A stretch of 64,000 nt of DNA from assembly GCF_004353825.1 (NCBI RefSeq), contig NZ_SMNA01000001.1:62001-126000 (forward strand). The letters are read 5' to 3'. Position numbers and translations under genes: made by a program. The notes below the pieces were generated by a model. The model worked only from the letters and a program-made list of their open reading frames with translations, did not search any database and had not been told where the DNA came from. Of this stretch, positions 47,301 to 56,945 are shown in pieces (the first letter of the stretch is position 1; each line of letters starts with the position of its first letter). This stretch comes from Occultella glacieicola (GTDB lineage Bacteria; Actinomycetota; Actinomycetes; Actinomycetales; Beutenbergiaceae).

Positions 47301-48082
47301 TGCGGCCCGTTCGGGTCGGTGCTGGGCACCTCGAGGCTGATCGGGTCGCCACCTGGGACCCGGGCGTACCGGGTGCTCAGATTGCCCTCGTCACCCGGGG
47401 CCTCGATCTCGTCCTCGACGGTCATGGACCAGCCGAGCGCCACGGCATCCACGTACTGCCGGTAGATGCCGACGGCCGAGGAGTCGTCGAGGGCGGACTC
47501 CAGTTCGTCGGAGTCCCCGATGGCGGCGATCCGGTAGGGCGGGGAGTATGTGTAGCCGTCGAGGAGGAGGACGTTGCCGACGCACCGGATCGAGGTGGTC
47601 GCGGTGACCCGGTGGCCCTGCACGGTCATGGCCTCGGCGCCACCGGCCCAGAAGGCGTTGATCACGGCCTCCAGGTCCTGCTGGTGCACCACCAGGTCAT
47701 CGGGACTGAACCCCTCCGGGACGTCCTGGACGAGCGGGGAGTCCCACAGCGACACCTCCACGCCTGGCCCCGTGACGGCGAGGCGGCCGGCCGCGAGGGC
47801 CACCGAGTCGCTCGCGGCCACCTCCGGCATCGCGGCCGACTGCTCACTCAGGAGTGCGTCGACCTCGGCGCGCAGCTGCGTCACCGCGGCGTTCGTCTCC
47901 TGCAGCCGGGCCTCCTCGTCCTGTACCAGCTCCGGGAGGTTCTGCGGCTGGCGCTCGGTGTCCTGAGCGAACACTGACGCGCTCGTGGCGAACATCAGGC
48001 CAGCGAGGACCCCCACCAGGCCGACTCCGATCGACCGTCCGCGCAGGCGTGACATGCGCGGCGGGCGGTCGGGAGTCCTCAT
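47297..48082 (-). CDS. DUF881 family protein
   Basis: V.GPG, LVVHQQDL, GAEAM, CVGN, SPPY.I.AIGD. Confidence 0.9.
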   Translation of the reverse strand: MRTPDRPPRMSRLRGRSIGVGLVGVLAGLMFATSASVFAQDTERQPQNLPELVQDEEARLQETNAAVTQLRAEVDALLSEQSAAMPEVAASDSVALAAGRLAVTGPGVEVSLWDSPLVQDVPEGFSPDDLVVHQQDLEAVINAFWAGGAEAMTVQGHRVTATTSIRCVGNVLLLDGYTYSPPYRIAAIGDSDELESALDDSSAVGIYRQYVDAVALGWSMTVEDEIEAPGDEGNLSTRYARVPGGDPISLEVPSTDPNGPQ

Positions 48083-48146
48083 GTGTTCGATTGTAGGTGG
48101 CCCACCGCATTAGGATTGGCGGGAGTTCACCACCCGAGGAGTCACC

Positions 48147-48392
48147 ATGCCCGAGTCCAGGTCCCGCAAGAAGCCGGCCTACACCCCACCGCCGGCCTCG
48201 AGCGCGGTGAAGCCGAACCCCCGCTGGTGGGCGCCCACGATGGTGACCCTGCTCATCGTCGGCCTCGTGTACGTGGTGGTCACGTACCTGATGGAGTCGG
48301 CCGGCCCGATCCCGGGCATCGGTGCCTGGAACCTCGGCATCGGCTTCGCGATCATGATGATCGGGTTCGTGATGACGATGCGCTGGCGCTGA
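48147..48392 (+). CDS. crgA: Cell division protein CrgA
   Basis: MPESRSRKK, NPRWW, two TMs, WNL.IGF, MTMRWR. Confidence 0.92.
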   Translation: MPESRSRKKPAYTPPPASSAVKPNPRWWAPTMVTLLIVGLVYVVVTYLMESAGPIPGIGAWNLGIGFAIMMIGFVMTMRWR

Positions 48393-48478
48393 ACCGCGCC
48401 CCACACTCCCCTCCGAGGCCGTCCCCCCGATACCGGGTGGGACGGCCTTCGCCGTTTCCCGGCCTCGCAGATGGCCCG

Positions 48479-48599
48479 TTATCCCCAGGTGTGCACACAG
48501 CTGTGGAGAACTACAGCCGTGTCATTTCCACACCTGTGGAGTCACCTGTGGATACTTACACCGATGTAGTTCCACAGGTGTGAACAACCCTGTGGACGC
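48479..48599. promoter_or_regulatory. Cluster of about nine DnaA-box-like 9-mers
   Basis: TTATCCCCA 48479, TGTGCACAC 48490, TGTGGAGAA 48502, ATTTCCACA 48524, TGTGGAGTC 48535, TGTGGATAC 48547, AGTTCCACA 48568, TGTGAACAA 48579, TGTGGACGC 48591. Confidence 0.75.
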
Positions 48600-48633
48600 A
48601 CGTTCGACGCCCGATGCCGGCCCACCTCGCCGC

Positions 48634-48763
48634 CCGAGAGTGCCGAAGTGGCGACCACCACAGCACCCTCACCCCAGCCGAGCGGCACCCCACCACCCAC
48701 CAGCTGCCGAGAGTGCCGAAATGGCAACCACAACAGCACCCTCACCACAGCCGAGCGACATCC
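48634..48763 (+). repeat. Two imperfect direct repeats of about 57 bp, period 73
   Basis: CCGAGAGTGCCGAARTGGCRACCACMACAGCACCCTCACCMCAGCCGAGCGRCA at 48634 and 48707. Confidence 0.8.
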
Positions 48764-48790
48764 CTCCCACCCGGCACCACCGCGGGACGG

Positions 48791-48845
48791 GAGGTCACTT
48801 CGTAACGCTTCAAAGCGGCGTTGAAACCGTTGGAAGGTCGACCTC
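48791..48845. repeat. Imperfect long palindrome (REP-like element or terminator)
   Basis: GAGGTC-ACTTC-GTAACG-CTTCAA ... TTGAAA-CCGTTG-GAAG-GTCGACCTC, between convergent crgA and rhomboid genes. Confidence 0.45.
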
Positions 48846-48920
48846 GGGTCGCCGCGAGAAGGGATGGCAGGGGCGGCGGGGCGGCCCCGGGCGGGAGGCC
48901 TGGACGTCAGACGGCTGGGA

Positions 48921-49793
48921 TCAGGCGTAGACGGCCATGGTGATCCCGATCAGGATCGCCGCGACCAGGGCGACGCCGGCGATGGCGCCGCGGGTTCGTT
49001 CCTTCTTCGGCAGGTAGGCGAAGAGCGCGCCGAGAGCCGCGCCGGTGAGCAGCCCGCCGAGGTGCGCCTGCCAGGAGATCCCCGGGATCACGAACCCGAT
49101 CACCACATTGATCGCGATGACGACCAGGATCTGCCGGGCCTCTCGGCCGGTCCGGCGCAGCACCACCGCGATCGCCGCGAACAACCCGAACACGGCACCG
49201 GACGCCCCGACCGTCGGGATGTTCCAGACCTGATCGCCGGCCAGCGCGATCACCGCCACGCTGCCACCGAAGGCGCTGAGCAGATACAGCGCGATGAAGC
49301 GCCACCGGCCCAGCATCTGTTCCAGGAACGGACCGACGATCCACAGGGCGTACATGTTGAAGAGCAGGTGCACGATCCCCGCGTGCAGGAACGCGGTGGT
49401 GATCATCCGGTACGGCTCGACCTCGCCGAGCACCGGCGCGAAGATCAGCCTCATCCGCAGCGTCGGACTCACGTAGTCCGCGACGAACAGCACGACGCAG
49501 ATCGCGATGATCGTGATCGTGACGACAGGCCGGTTGTCGGGGCCCACCCGGGCACCGAGCACCGTGGTCCGCGGTCGGACCGCGCGCGCCTCCTCGCGCA
49601 CGCAGTCCACGCAGTGCACACCGACCGCTGCGGGCCGCTGGCACTCCGGGCAGGCCGGGCGCCCGCACCGCTGACACCGAACGTAGGCGACCCGTTCCGG
49701 GTGGCGCGGGCACACCGGCGGGCCGCCGCCCGCACCCGGTGGCCCGGGCTGGCCGGGCTGCCCGGGCGGCGGCGCGGGCGGGTAGGCGGTCAT
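48921..49793 (-). CDS. Rhomboid intramembrane serine protease with an N-terminal Zn-binding (B-box-like) region
   Basis: CPRHP...CQRCGRPACPEC; FLH, HLLFNM, GASGA, AHLGG. Confidence 0.92.
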   Translation of the reverse strand: MTAYPPAPPPGQPGQPGPPGAGGGPPVCPRHPERVAYVRCQRCGRPACPECQRPAAVGVHCVDCVREEARAVRPRTTVLGARVGPDNRPVVTITIIAICVVLFVADYVSPTLRMRLIFAPVLGEVEPYRMITTAFLHAGIVHLLFNMYALWIVGPFLEQMLGRWRFIALYLLSAFGGSVAVIALAGDQVWNIPTVGASGAVFGLFAAIAVVLRRTGREARQILVVIAINVVIGFVIPGISWQAHLGGLLTGAALGALFAYLPKKERTRGAIAGVALVAAILIGITMAVYA

Positions 49794-49800
49794 CGAGCGG

Positions 49801-50325
49801 TCAGTCGACGATCTCGATCGAGTTGATCACGATGTCCTCGACCGGACGGTCGTTCCGCGGGTCCGTGGAGACCGCACCGATGGCGTCGACGATGGCGGTC
49901 GAGGCCGGGTCCTTCACCTTCCCGAAGATGGTGTGCTTGCCCTGCAGCCAGGTGGTCGCCGCCGTCGTGATGAAGAACTGCGAGCCGTTGGTGCCACGGC
50001 CCATCTGGATCCCGGCGTTCGCCATGGCGAGCACGTACGGCTCGCGGAAGTGGAGTTCGGGGTGGATCTCGTCATCGAAGGCGTACCCGGGGCCACCGCG
50101 GCCGGTGCCCAGCGGGTCGCCGCCCTGGATCATGAAGTTCGGGATGACGCGGTGGAAGATCGTGCCGTTGTACAGCGGCTCGTTGCTGGACTCCCCGGTC
50201 TCCGGGTGCGTCCAGGTTCCGGCGCCGGTGGCCAGGTCGGTGAAGTTCTTCACCGTCTTCGGCGCGTGGTTGGGCAGGAGTTCGACGACGATGTCGCCGG
50301 CGGTCGTGTGCAGAATGGCGTCCAT
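49801..50325 (-). CDS. ppiA: Cyclophilin-type peptidyl-prolyl isomerase
   Basis: APKTVKNF, FHRVIPNFMIQGGDP, AMANAG, TNGSQFFIT, HTIFG. Confidence 0.95.
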   Translation of the reverse strand: MDAILHTTAGDIVVELLPNHAPKTVKNFTDLATGAGTWTHPETGESSNEPLYNGTIFHRVIPNFMIQGGDPLGTGRGGPGYAFDDEIHPELHFREPYVLAMANAGIQMGRGTNGSQFFITTAATTWLQGKHTIFGKVKDPASTAIVDAIGAVSTDPRNDRPVEDIVINSIEIVD

Positions 50326-50519
50326 GGCCCCATCCTCGCACCCTCGGCCTGCGCTGCGTTACCGGGGCGCCGGCGGCTCGGGTCGACGAGCCGTTGGGGA
50401 GCACAGCACCCAGGACATATGCGTATCGTCCCTACGGGTGGCACGATAGACGCATCAACGCAGACGATCCGCATCCGATCTTCCGTGGACACCCGCGGGA
50501 AGGGAACTAGGGGAGACAT

Positions 50520-51359
50520 ATGTCGCGCAAGGACAAGATCAACACCGAGCAGCTCCGCGAGCAGGCCGAGGAGGCCGGCAAGGCGGCGCGTCAGCTGGCC
50601 GACCAGGGCAAGGACTGGGCAACACCGAAGGTCGAGGCAGCACTCGAGTGGGCCGGTCCTCGCGTTGACAAGGCGTGGCGCACGGGCGTGACCGCTGCCG
50701 CACCGGTGGTGGCCGACTACGCCGAACGCTCCAAGGACGTCGTCGACACCGCGCACGACAAGATCGTCGACGACGTGATCCCCCGGGTGATCGCCGCGAT
50801 GGAGGAGGCCGCCAAGGCGGCGCAGAGCGGGTCGGACAACCTGCAGGTCAAGGCGAACGCCGCTCTGGACGCTGCCGCGGCAGCGGTCGCCGAGCAGGAG
50901 AAGAAGGCCAAGGGCGGTAGCAAGGTCGGCAAGACCATCGGCTGGGTCCTCGTGGCCGGCGCGGTCGCCGGGGCCGGGGTGCTGATCTGGCGCCGGACCC
51001 AGCCGGTCGACGACCCATGGGCCGAGGAGTACTGGGACGACGCCGTCGCCGCTCCCGCCGCTGGCGAGGGCGCTGCGGCGACCGTCGCCGAGAAGGCGAA
51101 GCACGTCGCCGAGGACGCCAAGGCCGCGACCGCCCAGGCCGCGGACAAGGCCAGCGAGGTGAAGGACCAGGTCGCCGAGAAGGCCGGCGAGGTGAAGGAC
51201 CAGGTCGCTGAGAAGGCCACCCGGGCCAGGAACCAGGCTGCCGACAAGGCGAACGAGGCGGCGAACTCGGCTGCGGACAAGACCGAGGAGGTCAAGGACA
51301 CGGCCAAGGACGCCGCGAAGGACGTGCAGGACAAGGCGGACGACGCCAAGAACACCTGA
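50520..51359 (+). CDS. Helical single-TM hypothetical protein with a C-terminal 11-mer (LEA-like) repeat tail; occupies the cwsA position
   Basis: GGAGA RBS; strong codon bias; TM 'IGWVLVAGAVAGAGVLIW'; divergent from ppiA. Confidence 0.75.
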   Translation: MSRKDKINTEQLREQAEEAGKAARQLADQGKDWATPKVEAALEWAGPRVDKAWRTGVTAAAPVVADYAERSKDVVDTAHDKIVDDVIPRVIAAMEEAAKAAQSGSDNLQVKANAALDAAAAAVAEQEKKAKGGSKVGKTIGWVLVAGAVAGAGVLIWRRTQPVDDPWAEEYWDDAVAAPAAGEGAAATVAEKAKHVAEDAKAATAQAADKASEVKDQVAEKAGEVKDQVAEKATRARNQAADKANEAANSAADKTEEVKDTAKDAAKDVQDKADDAKNT

Positions 51360-51376
51360 CGCCCACGCGCAGCACG

Positions 51377-51411
51377 CGAGGCCCCGCACACCCGGCGTGT
51401 GCGGGGCCTCG
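51377..51411 (+). terminator. Terminator hairpin
   Basis: CGAGGCCCCGCACAC-N5-GTGTGCGGGGCCTCG, a perfect 15-bp stem. Confidence 0.75.
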
Positions 51412-51450
51412 TGCCGTCCAGCGCCGACGCCGGCACGCGCGGGTGGAACA

Positions 51451-53292
51451 ATGGCACCCGTGTCCGACTCCACGACTGATTCCGGCGCGACCGCCGTCGC
51501 CTCCCTGCAGACCCAGCTCACCGATGCCCTCGGTGACGCCATCGCGGCGGCCTACCCCGCCCAGCGCGGTGCCGACCCGCTGATCCGCCCGAGCGACCAC
51601 GCCGACCGCCAGGCGAACGCCGCACTCGCGCTCGCGAAGAAGGTCGGCGCGAAGCCGCGCGAGGTCGCCGAGTCCGTCGCCGGACAGATCGACGTGGGGG
51701 ACGTCGTCGGGCAGGTGGAGATCTCCGGCCCCGGCTTCCTGAACCTGACCCTCACCGATGCCGCACTCTGGCGGCAGGTCGAGGCTCGGCGGTCCGACGA
51801 CCGCCTGGGGGTGCCCGCCTCCGCCGCCGGCGTGCGCACGGTGATCGACTACTCGGGCCCGAACATCGCCAAGGAGATGCACGTCGGCCATCTGCGCTCG
51901 TCGGTGATCGGTGACGCGCTGGCCCGGATCCTGACCTTCCTCGGCTCGGACGTGGTGCGCCAGAACCACCTGGGCGACTGGGGCACGCAGTTCGGCATGC
52001 TGATCCAGTACATCGACGAGCACCCGGAGCTGCCCTGGCGGCATACGGAGATCACCGCCACGGACGCCGACGGTGAGAACGCCTCGACCGTGTCCGCGCT
52101 CGACGGGCTCTACAAGGCGGCCCGTGCGGTGTTCGACGCCGACCCGGACTTCGCCGACCGGGCCCGGGCGCGGGTGGTCGCGCTGCAGGCCGGCGACGAG
52201 GCGACGCTCGCCACCTGGCGCGACATCGTGAAGGAGTCGCAGTACGCCTTCGACGAGGTGTACGCGCGCCTCGGTGTCCAGCTGACGGAGGAGGACTCGG
52301 CCGGCGAGTCCTTCTACAACGACATGCTCGACGGCGTCGCTGACGAACTCGAGGCGGCCGGCATCGCGGTCGTGAGCGACGGCGCCCTGGTGGTCCTGTC
52401 CGAGGAGGTGACCGGACCGGATGACGAACCCGTCGCGCTCATGGTGCGCAAGCGGGACGGCGGGTACGGCTACGACACCACGGACCTGGCCACGATCCGG
52501 TACCGCATCCGCGACCTCGGCGCCGATCGGATCCTGTACCTGGTGGACTCCCGTCAGGCCCTGCACTTCCGGCTCGTGTTCGAGGCCGCGCGTCGGGCCG
52601 GCTGGCTGGACCCGGAGCGTGTGCAGGCCCTGCACGTGCCGTTCGGTAGCGTCCTCGGCGCCGACGGCAAGCCCTTCAAGACCCGCTCCGGCGGCACCGT
52701 GCGGCTGATGAACCTGCTCGACGACGCGGTCGCCGCAGCCCTCACCGTGGTCCGGGAGGGTGCCGGGGCCAAGGGCACGGAGGTCGATGACGAGGCGCTC
52801 CAGCTGATCGCCGAGCAGGCCGGTATCGGTGCGGTGAAGTACGCCGACCTGTCCGGCTCCCGGGTCAAGGACTACGTCTTCGACGTCGCCCGGATGACGG
52901 CGTTCAACGGCAACACCGGCGTCTACCTGCAGTACGCGCACACCCGGATGGTCTCGATCCTGCGCCGGGCGACCGAGCGCGGGCTGAGGGTCCCGGAACA
53001 GGTGCCGGCCGCCGTCGAGACCTCGCTCGAGCCCGCCGAGCGCGACCTGATCCTGACCCTGGACACGTTCGCGGACGTGCTCGCGGAGGTGGCCGTCGAT
53101 CTCGAGCCGCACCGGCTGGCCGGCTATCTGTACGAGCTCTCGAGGGCGTTCACGGACTTCTACGAGTCGTGCCCGGTGCTCGCTTCGGAGGGCACCGTCC
53201 GGGATCGCCGACTCGCGCTCGTGGACCTGACCCGGCGCACCCTGGCCACCGGTCTCGACCTGCTCGGGATCGCCGCACCGGAACGGATGTGA
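51451..53292 (+). CDS. argS: Arginine--tRNA ligase
   Basis: GPGFLN, DYSGPNIAKEMHVGHLRS, NHLGDWGTQFG, PFKTRSG, YLQYAHTR, C-terminal PERM. Start may be GTG 51460. Confidence 0.95.
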   Translation: MAPVSDSTTDSGATAVASLQTQLTDALGDAIAAAYPAQRGADPLIRPSDHADRQANAALALAKKVGAKPREVAESVAGQIDVGDVVGQVEISGPGFLNLTLTDAALWRQVEARRSDDRLGVPASAAGVRTVIDYSGPNIAKEMHVGHLRSSVIGDALARILTFLGSDVVRQNHLGDWGTQFGMLIQYIDEHPELPWRHTEITATDADGENASTVSALDGLYKAARAVFDADPDFADRARARVVALQAGDEATLATWRDIVKESQYAFDEVYARLGVQLTEEDSAGESFYNDMLDGVADELEAAGIAVVSDGALVVLSEEVTGPDDEPVALMVRKRDGGYGYDTTDLATIRYRIRDLGADRILYLVDSRQALHFRLVFEAARRAGWLDPERVQALHVPFGSVLGADGKPFKTRSGGTVRLMNLLDDAVAAALTVVREGAGAKGTEVDDEALQLIAEQAGIGAVKYADLSGSRVKDYVFDVARMTAFNGNTGVYLQYAHTRMVSILRRATERGLRVPEQVPAAVETSLEPAERDLILTLDTFADVLAEVAVDLEPHRLAGYLYELSRAFTDFYESCPVLASEGTVRDRRLALVDLTRRTLATGLDLLGIAAPERM

Positions 53293-53357
53293 ACGCGTCC
53301 AAACGGGCCCGGCGGGGCGCCTGACGGGACCGATGCACCCGGGTAGGGTCCCCTTCC

Positions 53358-55628
53358 GTGAGCGCGCCACGGAATCATCTCCGCCTCGATGCCCGACCGG
53401 CCCGACCGGCCCGACCGGCCCGCGCCCTCGCCGAGCCCGTCCTGCCCGGCGGCGCCGGGATCACCGTGCTCGGATCGCACCTCGAGCGGGACGGCGTGCC
53501 GTGGATCCCGATCTCGGGCGAGTTCCACTTCACCCGGTCACCACGTGCCACCTGGGCCGCCGAGCTGGCCCGGCTGCGGGCCGCCGGGCTGAACACGGTG
53601 GCCACCTATCTGTTCTGGCTGCACCACGAGCCGGAACGAGACGCCGCCCCGGACTTCACCGGTGGTCGCGACATCCGGCACTTCGTCGACCTGGCCGCGC
53701 GGGCGGGGCTCGACGTGCTGGTCCGGATCGGCCCCTGGGCGCACGGTGAGGCGCGCAACGGCGGACTCCCGGACTGGGTGCAGCACGGCCCCTGGCACAT
53801 CCGGACCGACGACCCGGGCTATCTGGCCGAGGTTCGTCGCTGGTACGCCGCGATCGCGCAGCAGCTCCAGGGACTGGACGCGGCCTCCGGCGGCCCGATC
53901 GTCGGCATCCAGGTGGAGAACGAGCTCGCGGACGCGCCCGATCACCTGCTCACCCTGCGCGGGATCGCCGAGGAGGTCGGGCTGCGGGCCCCGCTGTGGA
54001 CGATGACCGCGTGGAACGGCGCCGTCCTGCCGACGCAGGGTTTCCTGCCCCTGTACGGCGGGTACTCCGAGTCGTTCTGGACCTCCGCGGCCGAGCCGTG
54101 GAGCGCAGGCTGCCGGTCCCAGTTCACCTACACGCACATGTTCGACGACACCTCGATCGGGGCGGACGTGATGCCGACGGCGCGGCCGGAGTCGACGTCC
54201 ACGCACCGGCGCTTCCCGGCACCCGATCCGTACCCGGTCGCGACCTGTGAGCTGGGTTCCGGGATGGCCACCGCATATCACCGTCGCCCGCTCGTCGACG
54301 CCGACGACGTCGCCGCGGTGGCGCTGACGAAACTAGGGTCGGGCTCGATCTGGCAGGGCTACTACATGTTCCACGGTGGCCTGAACCCGCCGGTCCGCGG
54401 ACTCCAGGAGTCGCACGCGACCGGCTACCCGAACGACCTGCCGGAGTTCGACTACGACTTCGGTGCCCCGATCGGATCCGCCGGCCAGGTGCGGCCGTCG
54501 CTGCCCCTGCTGCGCCGCCAGCACCGGTTCCTGGCCGACTTCGGGACGCGGCTGGCACCGATGGTGTCGGTACTACCGGTGCCCGACGGCGGAAGCGGGT
54601 CCGCTCGGACGCTGCGGTGGGCGGTGCGCACCGACGGCGACAGCGGGTTCCTGTTCGTCACGAACCATCAGCCGCACGAGCCTCTGCCCGCGCACCCCGG
54701 TGTCGGCTTCGAGGTCGACACCGACTCGGGCACGGTGGCGTGGCCCGCGGTCGACATCGGCACCGGGGCGTACTTCTACTGGCCGTTCAACCTCGACGAG
54801 TCCGGGATCCGGATCCGGTGGGCGACGGCGCAGCCGGTCGCCCGGGTTGGCGGTTCGGGTGGGCCGGGAGCGGTGCGGCTGGTCTTCGTCAGCACCCCGG
54901 GCGTCGAACCCCGGTTCGCCCTCGACCTGCCGCCGGGGGCGACGACCGCAGCCGACGGCGCCACACCGGTTCCGGGTCGTGGTCCCCGCGAGGTGGTGGT
55001 CCCGGTCCCGGCGGACAGCCCGCCCCTCGTGGTCGACACCGGTGAGATCACGCTGGAGATCGTGGTCCTCGAGCCCGTGGCCCTGGACGAGTTCCTGGAC
55101 GCCGAAGACCCGGTCGGGCCCGTGACGGACCCGGTGTGGGTGGGTTCGGGAAGCACGCGGGGAGCCGCCCCGGCGGACGTTACGGACTGGTCCGCGGTGC
55201 CGGTCACGGCCCTCACGGCGCCGAGCGCGCCGGCGCCGCCACGCTCGGCCGACAACGACCGGGCGTCGGCACCGCACGACGTGGACTTCACGGGGGCCGC
55301 CCGGTTCGCGATCGACGTGCCCGTCGGCGACGGGCTCCTGCGCCTCGAGTGGACCGGGGACGTGCTCCGGGCATGGGCCGGCGACGGGGGCGAGCGGCGC
55401 CTGCTCGCGGACCAGTTCTTCTCCGGGGCAGCCTGGGAGATCACCGCCGCAGACCTGCGGGAGCGAGCGTGCGTGGCCCCGACGGCTGCGCTGACCCTGA
55501 CCCTGGAGATCCTGCCGTTCCGGCCCGACGCGCCGATCTGGATCGATCCCCGGGCCCGCGCGGCCCTGGTCGCGACCGGCCATGAGGCCCGGGTCCGCTC
55601 GGCCGGCTGGCGGCCGGCGTCGTCCTGA
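53358..55628 (+). CDS. GH35 family beta-galactosidase-like protein
   Basis: SGEFHF.R, YLFWLHHE, RIGPWAHGEARNGGLPDW, QVENE, CELG.G, YYMFHGG.N, YDF.AP. Confidence 0.85.
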   Translation: MSAPRNHLRLDARPARPARPARALAEPVLPGGAGITVLGSHLERDGVPWIPISGEFHFTRSPRATWAAELARLRAAGLNTVATYLFWLHHEPERDAAPDFTGGRDIRHFVDLAARAGLDVLVRIGPWAHGEARNGGLPDWVQHGPWHIRTDDPGYLAEVRRWYAAIAQQLQGLDAASGGPIVGIQVENELADAPDHLLTLRGIAEEVGLRAPLWTMTAWNGAVLPTQGFLPLYGGYSESFWTSAAEPWSAGCRSQFTYTHMFDDTSIGADVMPTARPESTSTHRRFPAPDPYPVATCELGSGMATAYHRRPLVDADDVAAVALTKLGSGSIWQGYYMFHGGLNPPVRGLQESHATGYPNDLPEFDYDFGAPIGSAGQVRPSLPLLRRQHRFLADFGTRLAPMVSVLPVPDGGSGSARTLRWAVRTDGDSGFLFVTNHQPHEPLPAHPGVGFEVDTDSGTVAWPAVDIGTGAYFYWPFNLDESGIRIRWATAQPVARVGGSGGPGAVRLVFVSTPGVEPRFALDLPPGATTAADGATPVPGRGPREVVVPVPADSPPLVVDTGEITLEIVVLEPVALDEFLDAEDPVGPVTDPVWVGSGSTRGAAPADVTDWSAVPVTALTAPSAPAPPRSADNDRASAPHDVDFTGAARFAIDVPVGDGLLRLEWTGDVLRAWAGDGGERRLLADQFFSGAAWEITAADLRERACVAPTAALTLTLEILPFRPDAPIWIDPRARAALVATGHEARVRSAGWRPASS

Positions 55629-55849
55629 CGGGTCAGGGCCCGGGCGGGAGCCCGCGCCCGGCTGCCCGGACGGCACGCACGTCGGCCGCTGCCGGCGCCA
55701 CGCCTCGTGAGGCAGGTCTGGCGTTGCGCGCTACGGTTGTGGGCGCAGCAACGGCGGGCGAGCCCGTCCGGTGCTGGACGGCATGCCGTCGACAGTCCCG
55801 CGAGCATGGGGAGAGTGCCCTGACCACCGTTCCTGCCCCGTACGCCAGA

Positions 55850-56401
55850 TTGCACGAGGACGCGACCAGCCTGTTGGAGGGGTGGACGGCCCCCAATGCC
55901 CCGCAGGACTCCCTTCGACGGGAGTTCCTGGCGGTCCTGGCCGCCGAACCCCGGGCCATGTGGCGACACGGCACCGGAGTACACCTGACGGCCAGCTGCC
56001 TCGTCCTTGACGCCGACCGTTCCCAGGTCCTGCTCACCCTGCACGCGAAGATCGGGATCTGGCTCCCCTTCGGAGGCCATGTCGAGCCCGAGGACCGCTC
56101 GGTCCGGGGAGCGGCCGCGCGGGAGACCAGGGAGGAGTCCGGGCTGGTCGGCCTGGAGCTCGGTGACCTGGTGGACCTGGACCGGCACGCCCTGCCCGCG
56201 AGCCAGTACTCGGCCTGCGCCGAACATCTCGATCTACGGTTCGTCGCCGTGGATCCGGCGGGGCGCTCGGCGCCCGTGGTCAGCGACGAGTCCGAGGACG
56301 TCCGCTGGTGGCCGCTCGACCGGCTGCCCGCACCGATCGGCGAGGACGTCGAGCGGTTGGTCCGGGCCGGCATCGCCGGGGTGATCCCGCCCCGGCCGTA
56401 G
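55850..56401 (+). CDS. NUDIX hydrolase
   Basis: HLTAS, GGHVEPED...AAARETREESG Nudix box, HLDLRF. Start uncertain (TTG 55850 or CTG 55820). Confidence 0.8.
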   Translation: MHEDATSLLEGWTAPNAPQDSLRREFLAVLAAEPRAMWRHGTGVHLTASCLVLDADRSQVLLTLHAKIGIWLPFGGHVEPEDRSVRGAAARETREESGLVGLELGDLVDLDRHALPASQYSACAEHLDLRFVAVDPAGRSAPVVSDESEDVRWWPLDRLPAPIGEDVERLVRAGIAGVIPPRP

Positions 56402-56446
56402 CGGGTCGGTGGACACGGTGAGCATTGCCGGCGCCCGGTCGGCCGG

Positions 56447-56809
56447 TCAGTTGCTGACGGCGATCGCGCCGAGCAGCAGGACGAGTGCAAGCGCGATCGC
56501 CACGGCGCTGGCACCGCGGTGGCCGCTCCGGCGTCGGGACTGCGACGTCACGATGCCGACCAGCGCGACCACCGGGATGGATGCCATCGTCAGCAGTGTC
56601 ACTCTCGGGTCGCACCGATAGCCCTGACAGACACCCGGCGTCAGCACGGTCAGGGCGAGCATGGCGAGGTCGAAGGCCGCCAGCATCACCAGGACCGCGC
56701 CGAGCATTCCGCTGAGGGTCCGGTCCCGCTCCTGTTCCAGCGCACCGAGGCTCCGCCCGGACGGCGTCGGGTCCTGTGGTGCAGGTCGGTGCTCGGGCGG
56801 TGGTCTCAT
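56447..56809 (-). CDS. Hypothetical membrane protein (3 TM)
   Basis: GGGGAG RBS before ATG 56809; three hydrophobic stretches. Confidence 0.55.
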   Translation of the reverse strand: MRPPPEHRPAPQDPTPSGRSLGALEQERDRTLSGMLGAVLVMLAAFDLAMLALTVLTPGVCQGYRCDPRVTLLTMASIPVVALVGIVTSQSRRRSGHRGASAVAIALALVLLLGAIAVSN

Positions 56810-56945
56810 GAGCTCCCCATCCCCGGGGCACCGCCGGTCGCGGCGCGTCGGACCACCAGTCTCACGTGGTTGCGCGACCTCCGTCGGGCTCCCTGTGGAC
56901 GGCCGATCGGCGTCCACCACCGTCAGTGTCGCGAGCGGGGCATGC

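Noticed and set aside
48634..48763. Possible CRISPR array
   Set aside because: Only two imperfect units of about 57 bp with a 16-nt gap, and no cas genes; fits a REP/VNTR element instead.
53391..53422. 9-bp tandem repeat (GCCCGACCG)x3 at the start of the GH35 gene
   Set aside because: In-frame (ARP repeats), so it cannot phase-vary the reading frame; likely neutral slippage.
56858..56873. parS-like site (GTCTCACGTGGTTG)
   Set aside because: Too many mismatches to GTTTCACGTGAAAC; only the CACGTG core matches.
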